Shown here: positions 38,860-49,711 of the stretch, one piece after another
Position numbering within the stretch: position 1 is the first letter of the stretch
How the letters are laid out: every line of letters starts with the position of its first letter
Source of the DNA: an uncultured Spirochaetota bacterium
Lineage (GTDB): Bacteria > Spirochaetota > Spirochaetia > SZUA-6 > Fen-1364
Reading direction: 5' to 3'
NCBI GenBank assembly: GCA_963820525.1
Contig: CAWGAA010000003.1
Span: forward strand, 640,001 to 704,000
Length of the DNA stretch: 64,000 nucleotides
Position numbers and translations under genes: made by a program
Notes under the pieces: model-generated
Told to the model about the DNA's origin: nothing
Databases searched by the model: none
Seen by the model: only the letters and a program-made list of their open reading frames with translations

Positions 38860-39564
38860 TCAACCGCTGCCTTCATCCGCACCTATCTCCGGCAGCACCT
38901 TCAGCCTGTAGCCCACTCCCGGCTCCGTTACCAGAAGCTCGGGGAGCTGCGGGGTCCGCTCTATCTTCTTTCGAAGCCCTGTGATGTAGACCCTGAGGTA
39001 GTTCGTGTCCTGCTCTGCGTTGGGGCCCCACACCTCCTTGAGGATCTGCCCGTGGGTGATGATCCTACCGGCATGCTGGACGAAGATCCGCACCAGGGCA
39101 TACTCCGTGGGGGTCAGCTTGACGGGAATGTCGGCCACCTTCACTTCGCGGTTGAGCAGGTCCACGGCGAGCCGGCCCGAGCGAAACACCTTTTCGGTCT
39201 CCGGGGGGCCGCGGTGGCGCAGCGCGACTTTCATGCGGGCGATCAGCTCCCCCGTGTTGAACGGCTTGATGAGGTAGTCGTCGGCCCCCGCGTCCAGAAG
39301 CCGCACGATCTCCTCCTCGGTGTTGCGCACCGAGAGGATAATGACGGGCACTGTAGACCACGTCCGCAGGCCGGAAAGGACTTCGGCCCCGTCCTTGTCC
39401 GGGAGGCCGAGGTCCAGAAGGACGACGTCCGGCTTCTTGCCCAGCATCATCTGCAGGCCGTCCTCCCCCGTTCCCGCCTCGTGCACCGCATAACCCTGCT
39501 TCTCCAGGCTGATTTTTAAAAGCCTGCGGATCTGAACCTCGTCGTCGATGACGAGCACGCTCAT
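38860..39564 (-). CDS. kdpE: KdpE response regulator
   Basis: DDEVQIRRLL, LDLGLPD, GADDYLIKPF, LTPTEY, EVWG, YLRVYI, TEPGVGYR. Confidence 0.95.
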   Translation of the reverse strand: MSVLVIDDEVQIRRLLKISLEKQGYAVHEAGTGEDGLQMMLGKKPDVVLLDLGLPDKDGAEVLSGLRTWSTVPVIILSVRNTEEEIVRLLDAGADDYLIKPFNTGELIARMKVALRHRGPPETEKVFRSGRLAVDLLNREVKVADIPVKLTPTEYALVRIFVQHAGRIITHGQILKEVWGPNAEQDTNYLRVYITGLRKKIERTPQLPELLVTEPGVGYRLKVLPEIGADEGSG

Positions 39565-42254
39565 CACGACGCCGCCTCCTTGCCGGCGCCGGCGGCCGGC
39601 TCACGGACGCTGTTGGGAAGTGCGATCGCTATGGACAATCCACCCCGCCGGTTGATATAGGCTGAAATAATTCCCCCATGGGTTTCCACAATCCCCTTGC
39701 AGATCGAAAGCCCCAGCCCAACTCCCCCGGAGGTCGCCCTCTTTCCCCGGAAAAACATGTCGAACAGATGGGGAAGCTCATCGGAGGCGACGCCGGGGCC
39801 GGAGTCCGACACGGTGATGAGCACGTCCCTGCGGTTTCTCTCGACTGCAAGCTCTATGGGGGTGCCCGGGGGCGTGTAATGCACCGCATTCTGGACGATA
39901 TTGGTAAGGACCTGGACCATGAGGATGAAATCCACGGAAATGGGTGGAACATCTTCATCCACTTTCACCGTGAATGGATGGTCCGTGGTCTGCCGGCGAA
40001 GAGCGTCGGCCACGACGCTGGCCAGATCGAAGACGTCGGTGTCCGACCTCTTGAGCTTCATCATGCCCGACTCCAGGCGGCTCATGTTCAGGAGGTTCTC
40101 CACGATTCCGTTCAGCCTGTCCGTGGCCGTGAGGGTTTCCGTCAGGAGCATCTCCCGCGCATCGGGGTCCGCGCCGGTGGAGGAATCCATGAGCGCCGTT
40201 ATGGACCCCTTGATGGTGGTCAGGGGCGTCCGAAGCTCGTGCGATATCGTATTGAGGAGGATCTTGCTCAAGCGCTCCGATTCGCGCGCCATGAGGTTTT
40301 TCCGGTTCTCTTCGGCCAGGAGCTCCCGGCCGAGGGAGAGCGCGAGGGTCCGCCCGAGGGTTTGTAAAGATTCCTCGTGGTCGGGCATCCATTTCTTCTC
40401 CTCCGGCAGGCGGATGCCAAGCACACCGGCGGTCGAGTCGGGCGTGAGAAGCGGGATGTAGTGAAAGCGGGCCATGTGGAGCGTGTCGGTGTACCGCCCG
40501 CACGGCACCCTGTTGGCGAAACACCAGCGGGCCACGCTCTGCTCCTTCTCGTCCACCACGATGCCTCCGAGGGAAAAAGGGTTCGGGTCCAGCGTGTCTT
40601 GGTCCGCGGCGAAAAAAAGCAGGACTTCGGCCTCGAAGTACCGGGAGATGTGCTCCAGGCCAGTTCGGGCGATCTCCACCAGGCTCTGCTTGAAGGAGAG
40701 AGACTGCGACAAGTTGAAAAGGAGCGACAGCCTGTGCTGCCGGACGGAGAGCAGCTTCTGGCTCAACCTGAGGCGCGTCATCAGGAACGCCAGCGCGGCG
40801 GCGGTAATGAAGTAGAGGAACAGCATGAGGATGTCTTCAAGCTTCCTGATGTAGAAGGTGAAAGGCGGCGGAATGAACACGAGGTCCCAGAAAACCGCGC
40901 CAAGGGCGGCGGCCAGGAGAACCGCGATCCTGCTCACGAAAAACGCGAGGCCGATTACCGCCATGAGGTAGAGGATGCCGACTGAACGGTAGCCGATCAG
41001 GGGCAGGGCGACGAAGCCGACTCCCGTGACTAGCGCCAGGACGGCGAGCACCTTCAGGAGAGAGGCGCGCTCCGAGCGCAGGAAGGCGGGCAGCCGCACC
41101 CGGGCGTGGCGAAGGTCCATTCCCTTCTCCTGGACCACGGCGACGTCGATATCGCCGCTCGCCTCGATGACGCGATCCGTAACCGAAGGGCCGCGGAGGA
41201 GCCTGCGGCGCGTTGCCGGCCCGGGCTTGCCCATGACGATCTGGGAAATGTTGTTCGACCGCGCGTAGCCGACAATCGCCTCGGCGACACTCTCCGACGG
41301 TATCGCCACCACGCGCGCCCCCAGCTGCCGCGCGAGGTTCAGGTTTTTTCTGAGGCTTTCCTGATCCGCATCGCGGAGGGGCCGTCCCGTTTCGATGTAC
41401 AGGGCGGTCCACTCCGCCTTCAGGCTGAAGGCTCTCCGGCGCGTCCACCGAATGAGGTGAGCCGAGTTGGGGCTGGGGCTTATCGCTACCAGAAGGCGAT
41501 CTTCGGACCCCAGGGGGCCTTCCGGGCGCGTTTCGGTCCCGAAGCTCGACAGCTGATGGTTCACCATGAGGGCGGTATAGCGCAGCGACATCTCCCTCAG
41601 GGCGGTGAGCGTGCTCTTCTTGAAGAAGTTCTCCATGGCGGACTGCGCCATGTCCGCGGTATAGACCTTGCCTTCGGACAGGCGGTTGAGAAGCTCTTCG
41701 GGAGAAATATCGATGAGCACGACCTGGTCCGTAGCGTCGAAGACCGAGTCGGGCACCCGCTCGGCGACGGAGATGCCCGTGATCTCTTCTATTATATCCG
41801 CGAAGCTCTCCAGGTGCTGGACGTTCATCGTTGTGGAGACATCGATTCCCTGCTCCATGATCTCCAGGACGTCCTGGTAGCGCTTCCTGTTGCGCGTACC
41901 GGGCACGTTGGTGTGCGCCAGCTCGTCCACGAGCACCAGGTCCGGACGGCGGGAAATCACCGCGTCGACGTCCATCTCCTCGAGGAGCTTTCCCCGGTAT
42001 TCCACGCGCCTTCGGGGAACGGCCTCGAGGCCGACGGCGAGCTCTTCAGTCTCCTTGCGCTGATGAGTTTCGAGGTAGCCGACGACTACGTCGAGGCCTT
42101 CGGCGCGCTTCTGCCGCCCCTCCTTCAGCATGCCATAGGTCTTGCCAACTCCCGCCGCCATGCCGAAGAAGATCTTGAGCTTCCCCTTCCCGCTCTGCTC
42201 CCTCTCGGCCAGGCGAAGGAGGGCGTCAGGGTCCGGCCTCGCTCCATCAGTCAT
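39564..42254 (-). CDS. kdpD: KdpD sensor histidine kinase
   Basis: GKLKIFFGMAAGVGKTY, VDELAHTN, NVQHLES, Usp domain, 4 TM, GAF, SHELRTPL, GLGLSIC. Confidence 0.96.
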   Translation of the reverse strand: MTDGARPDPDALLRLAEREQSGKGKLKIFFGMAAGVGKTYGMLKEGRQKRAEGLDVVVGYLETHQRKETEELAVGLEAVPRRRVEYRGKLLEEMDVDAVISRRPDLVLVDELAHTNVPGTRNRKRYQDVLEIMEQGIDVSTTMNVQHLESFADIIEEITGISVAERVPDSVFDATDQVVLIDISPEELLNRLSEGKVYTADMAQSAMENFFKKSTLTALREMSLRYTALMVNHQLSSFGTETRPEGPLGSEDRLLVAISPSPNSAHLIRWTRRRAFSLKAEWTALYIETGRPLRDADQESLRKNLNLARQLGARVVAIPSESVAEAIVGYARSNNISQIVMGKPGPATRRRLLRGPSVTDRVIEASGDIDVAVVQEKGMDLRHARVRLPAFLRSERASLLKVLAVLALVTGVGFVALPLIGYRSVGILYLMAVIGLAFFVSRIAVLLAAALGAVFWDLVFIPPPFTFYIRKLEDILMLFLYFITAAALAFLMTRLRLSQKLLSVRQHRLSLLFNLSQSLSFKQSLVEIARTGLEHISRYFEAEVLLFFAADQDTLDPNPFSLGGIVVDEKEQSVARWCFANRVPCGRYTDTLHMARFHYIPLLTPDSTAGVLGIRLPEEKKWMPDHEESLQTLGRTLALSLGRELLAEENRKNLMARESERLSKILLNTISHELRTPLTTIKGSITALMDSSTGADPDAREMLLTETLTATDRLNGIVENLLNMSRLESGMMKLKRSDTDVFDLASVVADALRRQTTDHPFTVKVDEDVPPISVDFILMVQVLTNIVQNAVHYTPPGTPIELAVERNRRDVLITVSDSGPGVASDELPHLFDMFFRGKRATSGGVGLGLSICKGIVETHGGIISAYINRRGGLSIAIALPNSVREPAAGAGKEAAS

Positions 42255-42317
42255 TCGACGCCTCTTGGAGAATGATACAGCGCCGCGGCCCTCCAAGAAT
42301 AGTGCACGGACCGGCGC

Positions 42318-42887
42318 TTACTTCGGAAACTCCCTGTCGAGGGCCACGTTCAGCTCCAGCACGTTCACCCGCGGCTCTCCCAGAAAGCCGAGCTGGGACT
42401 GCCGTTCGAACCGCCGCACAAGGACCATGATGTCGCCGGCCTTTTGCGCTGCGAGATGCCGTGCCGCGGCCACGCGCGGCACCTGGAGCTCGGCCGCCTG
42501 CGGGCTGATGTTGGGGTCCAGGCCGCTTCCCGATGCAAAGAGCATGTCCATCGGCGGCTCGGTGCCGCCGTTCGCCTTTTTCCAATCCGCTTTGCGCTGT
42601 TCGAACTCCTTCTTCAGCTCCCCGCTGGTGTACCCGTAGTTGCTTGCCCCGGAGGAAGACGCGTCATACTTCACGGCGGACGGCCGCGGATGGAAGTAGG
42701 CGTCGCCCGCGAAGTCCTGCCCGATGAGCCGTGAGCCGACCACCTTCCCGTCACGGACCAGGAGGCTCCCCTGGGCCTTCTGCGGAAAGATCACGGCGCC
42801 GACCCCGGTCATGAGCAGGGGGTAGAGCCCTCCCGTAATGACCGTGAATACGACAAGGACGATTATTGAAGTCAGGAAGTGTTTCAT
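42318..42887 (-). CDS. kdpC: K+-transporting ATPase subunit C
   Basis: GSRLIGQ.F...YFHPRPS, SGASN, SGSGLDP, GEPRVNVLELN. Confidence 0.96.
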   Translation of the reverse strand: MKHFLTSIIVLVVFTVITGGLYPLLMTGVGAVIFPQKAQGSLLVRDGKVVGSRLIGQDFAGDAYFHPRPSAVKYDASSSGASNYGYTSGELKKEFEQRKADWKKANGGTEPPMDMLFASGSGLDPNISPQAAELQVPRVAAARHLAAQKAGDIMVLVRRFERQSQLGFLGEPRVNVLELNVALDREFPK

Positions 42888-42900
42888 GCCGATCCTCCCA

Positions 42901-44973
42901 TTACCCCAGCCCCAGAACGTGGACAAGCAGGTCAATAGCCTTTATCCCGAGAAACGGGGCTATTATTCCGCCTATCCCGTAGATCAAGAGGTTGCGCCGA
43001 AGAATCTTCGCCGCGCCGATGGGCCTGTATCTCACCCCGCGCAGCGCCAGCGGTATGAGGGCGATGATGATGAGCGCATTGAATATCACCGCGGAGAGGA
43101 TGGCACTCTGGGGTGAAGCCAATCGCATGATGTTCAACGCCCCAAGCGGTCCCACTCCCCCCGCCGCTGCGTACAACGAGAGAAACATGGCCGGAAGGAT
43201 GGCGAAGTACTTTGCAACATCATTGGCGATGCTGAAGGTCGTGAGCGCGCCCCGCGTCATGAGCTGCTCTTTTCCAACCTCGATGATGTCGATGAGCTTG
43301 GTGGGATTGGAATCGAGGTCCACCATGTTCCCCGCTTCCCTGGCCACCTGGGTGCCGGAGCTCATGGCCACCCCCACGTCGGCCTGCGCCAGGGCGGGGG
43401 CGTCGTTGGTGCCGTCTCCGATCATCGCCACCAGGTGGCCGGTCGCCTGCTCGGCCCTGATGCGCTCGAGCTTGGCCTGCGGGGTGGCCTCCGCGATAAA
43501 GTCATCCACCCCTGCCTCGGCGGCAATGGTGGCGGCGGTAAGCGGGTTGTCCCCCGTGATCATGATGGACCTGATGCCCATCTTTCGAAGGCGGAAGAGC
43601 CTCTCACGGATGCCGCCTTTAACGACATCCTTGAGGTAGATCACCCCCAGAATTTCCTTTCCCTGGGCTACGACGAGGGGGGTCCCCCCATCTGCGGAGA
43701 TCCTCTGCACCTCCCCGTCCACTTCCGCCGGGTATTTGCCGCCTGCCGCACAGACCCATTCCTTCACGGCTTCGGCGGCGCCCTTGCGAATGCTTTTCCG
43801 GTCATCCGCGAAATCCAGCCCGCTCATCCGTGTCTTTGCTGAGAACGGTACGAATTTGCCTCCGATCTCGGAGACGCTGGCCGTCTTCACCCCATAGGAA
43901 TGCCGGGCAAGATTTACGATCGAACGGCCCTCGGGAGTCTCGTCCGGAAGGCTGGCCAGGAGCGACGCTTCCGCCAGGACCCGCTCGCCCACTCCATCTG
44001 CGGGGTACAGCCTGGAGGCCATGCGGTTTCCCATGGTGACGGTGCCGGTCTTGTCCAGGAGCATCACGTCGATGTCTCCCGAGGCGTCGACCGCCCTGCC
44101 GCTCAGCGCCAGGACGTTTTTCTTCAAGAGACGGCTGACGCTGGAGATTCCGATGGCGGAAAGCAGAGCGCCGATCGTCGTGGGAATGAGACACACCAAA
44201 AGCGAGAACAAGACCGCTGGGGTGGCGAAGGCGCTCGTCCCCGACTGCTTCACGCTGTAATCGGAGAAGAACCAGAGGGTTCCGACGGCGGCGAGGAAAA
44301 TCAGGGAGAAAGCGGATAAAAGGATGAGCAGGGCTATCTCCCCCGGCGTCTTCTGCCGCGTGGCGTTTTCAACGAGGGAGATCATCCGGTCCACGAAGGT
44401 CTTTCCCTGTTCCGCGGTGATCTTCACGACGATCCTGTCGCTGATGACCTTTGTCCCGCCGGTCACGGCGCTCCTGTCTCCGCCGGACTCCCGGATCACG
44501 GGCGCGGACTCCCCCGTGATGGCGGATTCGTCGACGCTCGCGATGCCTTCCACGACCTCTCCGTCTCCGGGGATGACGTCACCCGCCTCGCATACAACAA
44601 GATCGCCCACGCCGAGCTCGGCGGAAGCGACCTTCTGCTCTTCGCCGCCCGGCGAAAGGCGCCGCGCGACCGTCTTTGTGCGCATGGCCCTGAGCGCATC
44701 GGCGCGCGCCTTGCCCTGGATTTCGGCCAGGGACTCCGAGAAGTTTGCGAACAGGACGGTGAACCACAGCCAGAGGGCGATCTGCAGGTTGAAGGGCGAA
44801 TACACCCCCCGCGCGGCATCGAGGGCAAACAGCACCGAGATGAACAGGGCCCCGATCCAGACCATGAACATGACGGGGTTTCTGATCTCGACCCGTGGAT
44901 CCAGCTTGAGGAAGGCCATTGCGGCAGCCCTCCGCAAGACGGGGAAGCTCCACAATCGGATTTCTTTTCTCAT
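42901..44973 (-). CDS. kdpB: K+-transporting ATPase subunit B
   Basis: [47 protein letters not shown]. Confidence 0.97.
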   Translation of the reverse strand: MRKEIRLWSFPVLRRAAAMAFLKLDPRVEIRNPVMFMVWIGALFISVLFALDAARGVYSPFNLQIALWLWFTVLFANFSESLAEIQGKARADALRAMRTKTVARRLSPGGEEQKVASAELGVGDLVVCEAGDVIPGDGEVVEGIASVDESAITGESAPVIRESGGDRSAVTGGTKVISDRIVVKITAEQGKTFVDRMISLVENATRQKTPGEIALLILLSAFSLIFLAAVGTLWFFSDYSVKQSGTSAFATPAVLFSLLVCLIPTTIGALLSAIGISSVSRLLKKNVLALSGRAVDASGDIDVMLLDKTGTVTMGNRMASRLYPADGVGERVLAEASLLASLPDETPEGRSIVNLARHSYGVKTASVSEIGGKFVPFSAKTRMSGLDFADDRKSIRKGAAEAVKEWVCAAGGKYPAEVDGEVQRISADGGTPLVVAQGKEILGVIYLKDVVKGGIRERLFRLRKMGIRSIMITGDNPLTAATIAAEAGVDDFIAEATPQAKLERIRAEQATGHLVAMIGDGTNDAPALAQADVGVAMSSGTQVAREAGNMVDLDSNPTKLIDIIEVGKEQLMTRGALTTFSIANDVAKYFAILPAMFLSLYAAAGGVGPLGALNIMRLASPQSAILSAVIFNALIIIALIPLALRGVRYRPIGAAKILRRNLLIYGIGGIIAPFLGIKAIDLLVHVLGLG

Positions 44974-45034
44974 TGCGGTCTCCTTGTAGCTCGCCCGGGG
45001 GCGCGTTGTGCCGGAGGGCTCGCTGGATTTTCCC

Positions 45035-46819
45035 TTAGAACAAGACTCCCTTGAGCGCCAGGAAATGCTCCACGATCGGCCCCAGGGTCAGCGCCGGCAG
45101 GAAGTTCAGGCCGGTGACGATGAGTATTGTCAGGACCAGGAGCACAACGAACGTGGCATTGTTCGTTTGAAAGGTGCCAACGCTCGCCGGAACCGGCGTT
45201 TTGGCTGCAAGGCTCCCCCCGATGGCGATCACGGGGACAATGACCACGAACCGTCCCAGCAGCATTGCGAATGCCCCTGCCACGTTGTAGAATACGGTAT
45301 TCGCGTTCAACCCCGCGAAAGCGCTTCCGTTATTGCCTACCATCGATGCAAAAGCGTAGAGGATCTCGGACAACCCATGAGGACCTCCATTGTTCAGTGA
45401 AGAGAGGCCGGCCTTGGTGACTGAAGCTGCGGCCGCGAGGAACAGGATGGGCAGGCCCTGGGCCACGATTGCAAGCACGGAAAGCTGGACTTCGCGCGTC
45501 TCGATCTTCTTTCCCAAGTATTCCGGGGTCCTGCCCACCATGAGGCCGGCTATGAAAACCGTAATGAAAAGAAAGACGAGTAGCCCGTACATCCCTGCCC
45601 CAAGGCCGCCGAAGACCACCTCCCCCAGCATCATGTTGATCATGGGGATCATGCCCCCAAGGGGGGAAAAGCTGTCGTGCATGGAATTGACCGACCCATT
45701 GGAGACCACCGTGGTGGCCTCGGCCCAGAGTGCGCTGGCCGAGATTCCGAAGCGCACCTCCTTGCCCTCCATGGATCCGTATCCCCCGGAGATGCCATTG
45801 AAGCCATACTCCGCGAAGAGGATCGCGATGAGCCCCATGGCGAACATCGCGGTCTTGGCCGCGAACAGGGCGTAACCCTGGCTCTTGGACTTCACCATCC
45901 GGCCGAAGAGGAAGGGAATCGCCGTGGGGACGAGCAGGATGGCCAGAAGCTCCAGGAAGTTGCTGAAGGGCGTGGGGTTCTCGAAGGGGTGAGCCGAGTT
46001 CGTCCCGAAAAATCCTCCCCCGTTGCTTCCCAGCTGCTTGATGGCGATCTGGGATGCCGCCGGCCCCATGGGGATGATCTGCTGATTGCCCTCAACGGTT
46101 GTCGCGGTCACGTACCCGGAGAAGCTCTGGATGACCCCCTGGCTCATGAGGAGAACTGCAAGGATGATCGACAGCGGGAGAAGGATATAGAGAATGGTGC
46201 GGACATTGTCCACCCAGAAGTTGCCAACGGTCACGCGGTTTTCATCCGCCGTCTTGGGCACCGGCGCACCCGCCTGTTCCCTGTAATGGAGCCTGGCCGA
46301 ATACCTGTCCACCAAGCTTGAAAGCCCGCCCCTGGGCTTGTTCCGTATGCCGCGGATCAGGGCGAGCATGGCCGCCATGCCGGTTGCCGCGCTCAGGAAA
46401 TTATGGACGGCCAGGCCCGCCATCTGGGAGAGGTAGCTGGCGCTCACCTCCCCCGGGTAGCTCTGCCAGTTCGTGTTGGTCATGAAGCTGACTGCCGTAT
46501 TCAGGGCCTGGTGCAACGACATATTGTCCACGTTGTGCGGATTCAGCGGAAGCCATTTCTGCGTCATCAGGAGCGCCATGAGGGTGGCGAACCCGACGGC
46601 GTTGAAGACAAGCAGCGCCGCCAGGTACTGCTTCCAGTTCATCTGCCGGTCCGCGTCTACACCGCATATCCTGTAGATGAACCGCTCCACGGGAGAGAGG
46701 AACGACAGGATATGGCGCTCCCCCTCGTAGACCCTGGCCATGTACTTGCCCAGGAAAGGCGCCAGTCCGAAAACCAGGGCGAGATAAACGGCGAGTTGGA
46801 TCCCGTTGGCCGTGCTCAT
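45035..46819 (-). CDS. kdpA: K+-transporting ATPase subunit A
   Basis: [49 protein letters not shown]. Confidence 0.97.
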   Translation of the reverse strand: MSTANGIQLAVYLALVFGLAPFLGKYMARVYEGERHILSFLSPVERFIYRICGVDADRQMNWKQYLAALLVFNAVGFATLMALLMTQKWLPLNPHNVDNMSLHQALNTAVSFMTNTNWQSYPGEVSASYLSQMAGLAVHNFLSAATGMAAMLALIRGIRNKPRGGLSSLVDRYSARLHYREQAGAPVPKTADENRVTVGNFWVDNVRTILYILLPLSIILAVLLMSQGVIQSFSGYVTATTVEGNQQIIPMGPAASQIAIKQLGSNGGGFFGTNSAHPFENPTPFSNFLELLAILLVPTAIPFLFGRMVKSKSQGYALFAAKTAMFAMGLIAILFAEYGFNGISGGYGSMEGKEVRFGISASALWAEATTVVSNGSVNSMHDSFSPLGGMIPMINMMLGEVVFGGLGAGMYGLLVFLFITVFIAGLMVGRTPEYLGKKIETREVQLSVLAIVAQGLPILFLAAAASVTKAGLSSLNNGGPHGLSEILYAFASMVGNNGSAFAGLNANTVFYNVAGAFAMLLGRFVVIVPVIAIGGSLAAKTPVPASVGTFQTNNATFVVLLVLTILIVTGLNFLPALTLGPIVEHFLALKGVLF

Positions 46820-46855
46820 GAAAACCCCCTTATGCCTGTAGGGTGGCGGGCAGCC

Positions 46856-46942
46856 CTAAAACTTTTCCGGGCGTACGATCGAGTACGCGAGGTAGACCAG
46901 GAGAAACAGCCCGATCGCCGCCGAAAAAAACGCTACTGTCAT
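46856..46942 (-). CDS. kdpF: K+-transporting ATPase subunit F (28 aa)
   Basis: MTVAFFSAAIGLFLLVYLAYSIVRPEKF*; YL...PEKF signature directly upstream of kdpA. Confidence 0.92.
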   Translation of the reverse strand: MTVAFFSAAIGLFLLVYLAYSIVRPEKF

Positions 46943-46948
46943 GATTAA

Positions 46949-47030
46949 AGGGTAAGTGATCCTCCGCCGGCCGTATATGTTCGACGGGGCTAAAGTTTGC
47001 GCGCTCCACGCTAAAAAGCCGCTAGAATCC
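46949..47030 (-). promoter_or_regulatory. kdp promoter: -10 TACCCT plus three direct-repeat boxes (putative KdpE sites)
   Basis: Plus-strand GCTA cores at 46989, 47010 and 47021; TAnnnT 6 nt before the kdpF ATG. Confidence 0.7.
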
Positions 47031-47082
47031 GCACAGGGACAACACCCTGGCCGGTCAGCCGTTTTAGAGGCATTTTCTACTC

Positions 47083-48516
47083 ATGGCCATGGGCTCGGTG
47101 AGCACGCATGACAAGGCTCTCGGGATAAACATCGATGCCGCGCGCTACGGAACCTTCGCGGAGATCGGCGCCGGGCAGGAGGTTGCTCGATGGTTCTTCC
47201 ACGTCGGAGGAGCGGCGGGCACCGTGGCCAAGACCATCTCGGCATACGACATGGCGGTGTCTGACGCCGTCTACGGCTCCACCGAGCGCTACGTCAGCCG
47301 GCAGCGGCTCCAGGCAATGCTGGATCACGAGTGGGCCCTTCTCATAGAGCGGTTGGACGATGTGCGGGGCAGGGACACCGCATTCTTCGTCTTCGCCGAC
47401 ACCGTCACCGCCAAGAGCTACACCCGGCAGGAGGAAGGCCACGGCTGGCTGGGAATCCGCTTCCAGACCGAGCCGCGCAGCCAGGCGTCCCAGATCATCA
47501 TCCACGCACGCATGTGGGACACCGATAATGCGCGCCAGCAGGAGGCGTTGGGGATCCTCGGCGTCAACCTGATCTATGGGGCGTTCCACGAGTCCGGCCG
47601 GCCCGAGGCGCTCATCGCTTCGCTCATGGACGAGCTCACCCGTGACCGCATGGAAGTGGACATGATCAAGCTCTCGGGGCCGGCGTTCGACGGCGTGGAC
47701 AACCGCCTCATGAGCCTCCAGCTGGTCCAGCAGCGGCTCACCAACGCGGCCATGTTCGCCCCCGACGGCGAGGTGGTGGAGCCCGCGGAGCTTCTCTACA
47801 ACCGGCCCGTTCTGATCGAGCGAGGAAGCTTCCGCCCCATCACCCGCGTCATCCTCGACATGCTGGAGCGCTCGCTTCGGCAGATGCAGGAAGCGGAGGC
47901 AGGAGAGCCTGTTGTCCTCATGGAGATGACGCTTCGAAATCTCATGAGGCTGCATGAGGAAGTGGACCATGCCGATTTCCTGGCCCGCATGGATACCCTC
48001 TGCGCCCTGGGAAAGACCGTCATGGTCTCCAACTACTCCCGATTCCATAACGTCACAACGTATCTCAGGCGCTATACTCACCGCCGGATCGTCATGACGC
48101 TCGGCGTTCCGACCCTGGCCGAGCTTCTGGAGGAGAGCCATTACCGGGATCTTCCCGGCGGCATTCTCGACGCGCTCGGACGGCTTTTCAACGGTCCCGC
48201 TACTCTCTTCGTCTACCCCTGGAAGAACGGCCCGACAGGAGAGGTCGTCACCGCGGAGACGTTCCGCCCGCCCGCCTCCCTGGCTCATCTCTACCGCCAC
48301 CTTCTCGAAAACCATCTCATAGAATCGATCCGCAATGTTCCCGAGGCGGATCTCTCCACGCTTCCCGCGGACGTTCTTGAAAGGCTCCAATCGGGAGATC
48401 CCTCCTGGGAGAGGCTCGTGCCCGCGGAGGCGGCGGGAGTGATCAAGAAGCAGAGGCTCTTCGGCTATCGCGGGGATAAGCAGGTACTCGATACTCTGGA
48501 CAGTGAAGGCAGATAA
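47083..48516 (+). CDS. Conserved protein of uncertain function (family I recall being labelled nicotinate-nucleotide adenylyltransferase or 'TonB-dependent receptor')
   Basis: YGTFAEIGAGQEVARWFF, GTVAKTISAYDM, HGWLGIRFQ, ERGSFRPIT; no signal peptide or beta-barrel pattern. Confidence 0.75.
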   Translation: MAMGSVSTHDKALGINIDAARYGTFAEIGAGQEVARWFFHVGGAAGTVAKTISAYDMAVSDAVYGSTERYVSRQRLQAMLDHEWALLIERLDDVRGRDTAFFVFADTVTAKSYTRQEEGHGWLGIRFQTEPRSQASQIIIHARMWDTDNARQQEALGILGVNLIYGAFHESGRPEALIASLMDELTRDRMEVDMIKLSGPAFDGVDNRLMSLQLVQQRLTNAAMFAPDGEVVEPAELLYNRPVLIERGSFRPITRVILDMLERSLRQMQEAEAGEPVVLMEMTLRNLMRLHEEVDHADFLARMDTLCALGKTVMVSNYSRFHNVTTYLRRYTHRRIVMTLGVPTLAELLEESHYRDLPGGILDALGRLFNGPATLFVYPWKNGPTGEVVTAETFRPPASLAHLYRHLLENHLIESIRNVPEADLSTLPADVLERLQSGDPSWERLVPAEAAGVIKKQRLFGYRGDKQVLDTLDSEGR

Positions 48517-48570
48517 GGGTGAACGAGGAACAGCAGTGCCCACAGTGAGGGAGGGATCCTCCGCCGCGGC

Positions 48571-48605
48571 ATCATGATGATCATCATGATGATGATAATG
48601 ATGAT
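48571..48605. repeat. ATG/CAT trinucleotide tract containing a perfect 20-bp palindrome
   Basis: ATCATGATGA-TCATCATGAT (48571-48590) followed by GATGATAATGATGAT. Confidence 0.8.
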
Positions 48606-48656
48606 TTACTAAATTATAATGTTTGACAAAACAGTAAAATTACTGTATTTAGTAAA
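48605..48656 (+). promoter_or_regulatory. AT-rich promoter with nested inverted repeats (putative antitoxin operators)
   Basis: TTTACTAAAT...ATTTAGTAAA outer IR; ACAGTAA-aa-TTACTGT inner IR; TTGACA at 48623-48628. Confidence 0.65.
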
Positions 48657-48658
48657 CC

Positions 48659-49711
48659 ATGCGCGCCGATGGCTATCGAAAAGAACTTGTTGGTAAGGTC
48701 CCCGGGATTCTCACTCATCTCCTTGGTGCAAACAAAGACGTAAGGATCCAATCGGACGAGCGTACTGGCCCCGACCTCGTAATAACCGCAAGCGGCAAGA
48801 CCTTTGTCATAGAGTTCAAACAATCTACGGGAACAGCCACCATTGCTGCTGCCGCAAGGCAGCTCTTGTCCTACCGCAAGCGGACTGCGAAACAGGTGGT
48901 CCTGCTCATTGCTGTTCCGTTTATGGGTGAAGCCGGACGGAGAGTATGCGAGGAACTGGGGGTTGGGTGGATTGACCTTAGCGGCAATGCTCATATCGTG
49001 GCGTCAGGCCTTCGCATAATCGTGGAAGGGCGGCCGAATCGATTTCTATCGGCAGGGAGGCCGCCTAATCTTTTTGCGCCAAAGAGCTCCCGGGTTGCTC
49101 GTTGGCTTATCATGCATCCCGATCAGTCAATTACTCAACGCGAACTCGCCAGGACCGTCGATATGGGGGAAGGCTTTATCAGCCGCATTATCTCTCGTCT
49201 CGAACAAGAGGGCTATGTCATTCGTGAGAATGGATCGGCAATCCGATCGAAAAACCCCTCACTCTTACTGGATGCATGGCAGGAACGCTACCAGTTTTCC
49301 AAACACATGGTTCATCAGGGCTATATTTCAGCACGTTCGGGCGATGCGCTTCTTAAATTTCTTCATAATGAGTTTGCCTCGTGGAAGGTAGAATATGCTG
49401 CGACGGGGCTAGCTGCAGCGTGGATGTTTACCAAGTTTGTGGCCTTTCGGACTGTCACGGTCTATGTTCCGCACGAACCCACGGATGAGCTACTGCAAGG
49501 GCTTGCATACAGTGATGATCCCAGAGGTGCGAATACTTGGCTGGTAGTCCCAAATGACAAGGGGGTTTTCCATGGAGCAGGCGAGAAGGAGGGAATACGC
49601 TGTGTCCATCCTGTGCAGGCGTACCTTGATCTGAAGGATCAGCCTGAACGAGCAATGGAGGCCGCCGAACGGCTGCGCAAAGAGTATTTGAACTGGGGGA
49701 CGAATGGCTAA
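48659..49711 (+). CDS. AbiEi-like type IV antitoxin/transcriptional regulator
   Basis: N-terminal PDL...VIEFK segment, GWIDLSGNAHI, wHTH (TQRELA), LLDAW, C-terminal VHPVQAYLDL...ERAMEAAE. Confidence 0.75.
   Translation: MRADGYRKELVGKVPGILTHLLGANKDVRIQSDERTGPDLVITASGKTFVIEFKQSTGTATIAAAARQLLSYRKRTAKQVVLLIAVPFMGEAGRRVCEELGVGWIDLSGNAHIVASGLRIIVEGRPNRFLSAGRPPNLFAPKSSRVARWLIMHPDQSITQRELARTVDMGEGFISRIISRLEQEGYVIRENGSAIRSKNPSLLLDAWQERYQFSKHMVHQGYISARSGDALLKFLHNEFASWKVEYAATGLAAAWMFTKFVAFRTVTVYVPHEPTDELLQGLAYSDDPRGANTWLVVPNDKGVFHGAGEKEGIRCVHPVQAYLDLKDQPERAMEAAERLRKEYLNWGTNG

Noticed and set aside
47077..48543. Long antisense and off-frame ORFs (for example 47077-48543, 12375-13817, 15082-16497, 19049-20434, 61884-62978)
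   Set aside because: Shadows of well-supported genes in GC-rich DNA; Arg/Pro/Gly-rich with no motifs
48568..48640. His-rich peptide (HHYHHHDDHHD) on the minus strand
   Set aside because: No start codon between the upstream in-frame stop and the tract
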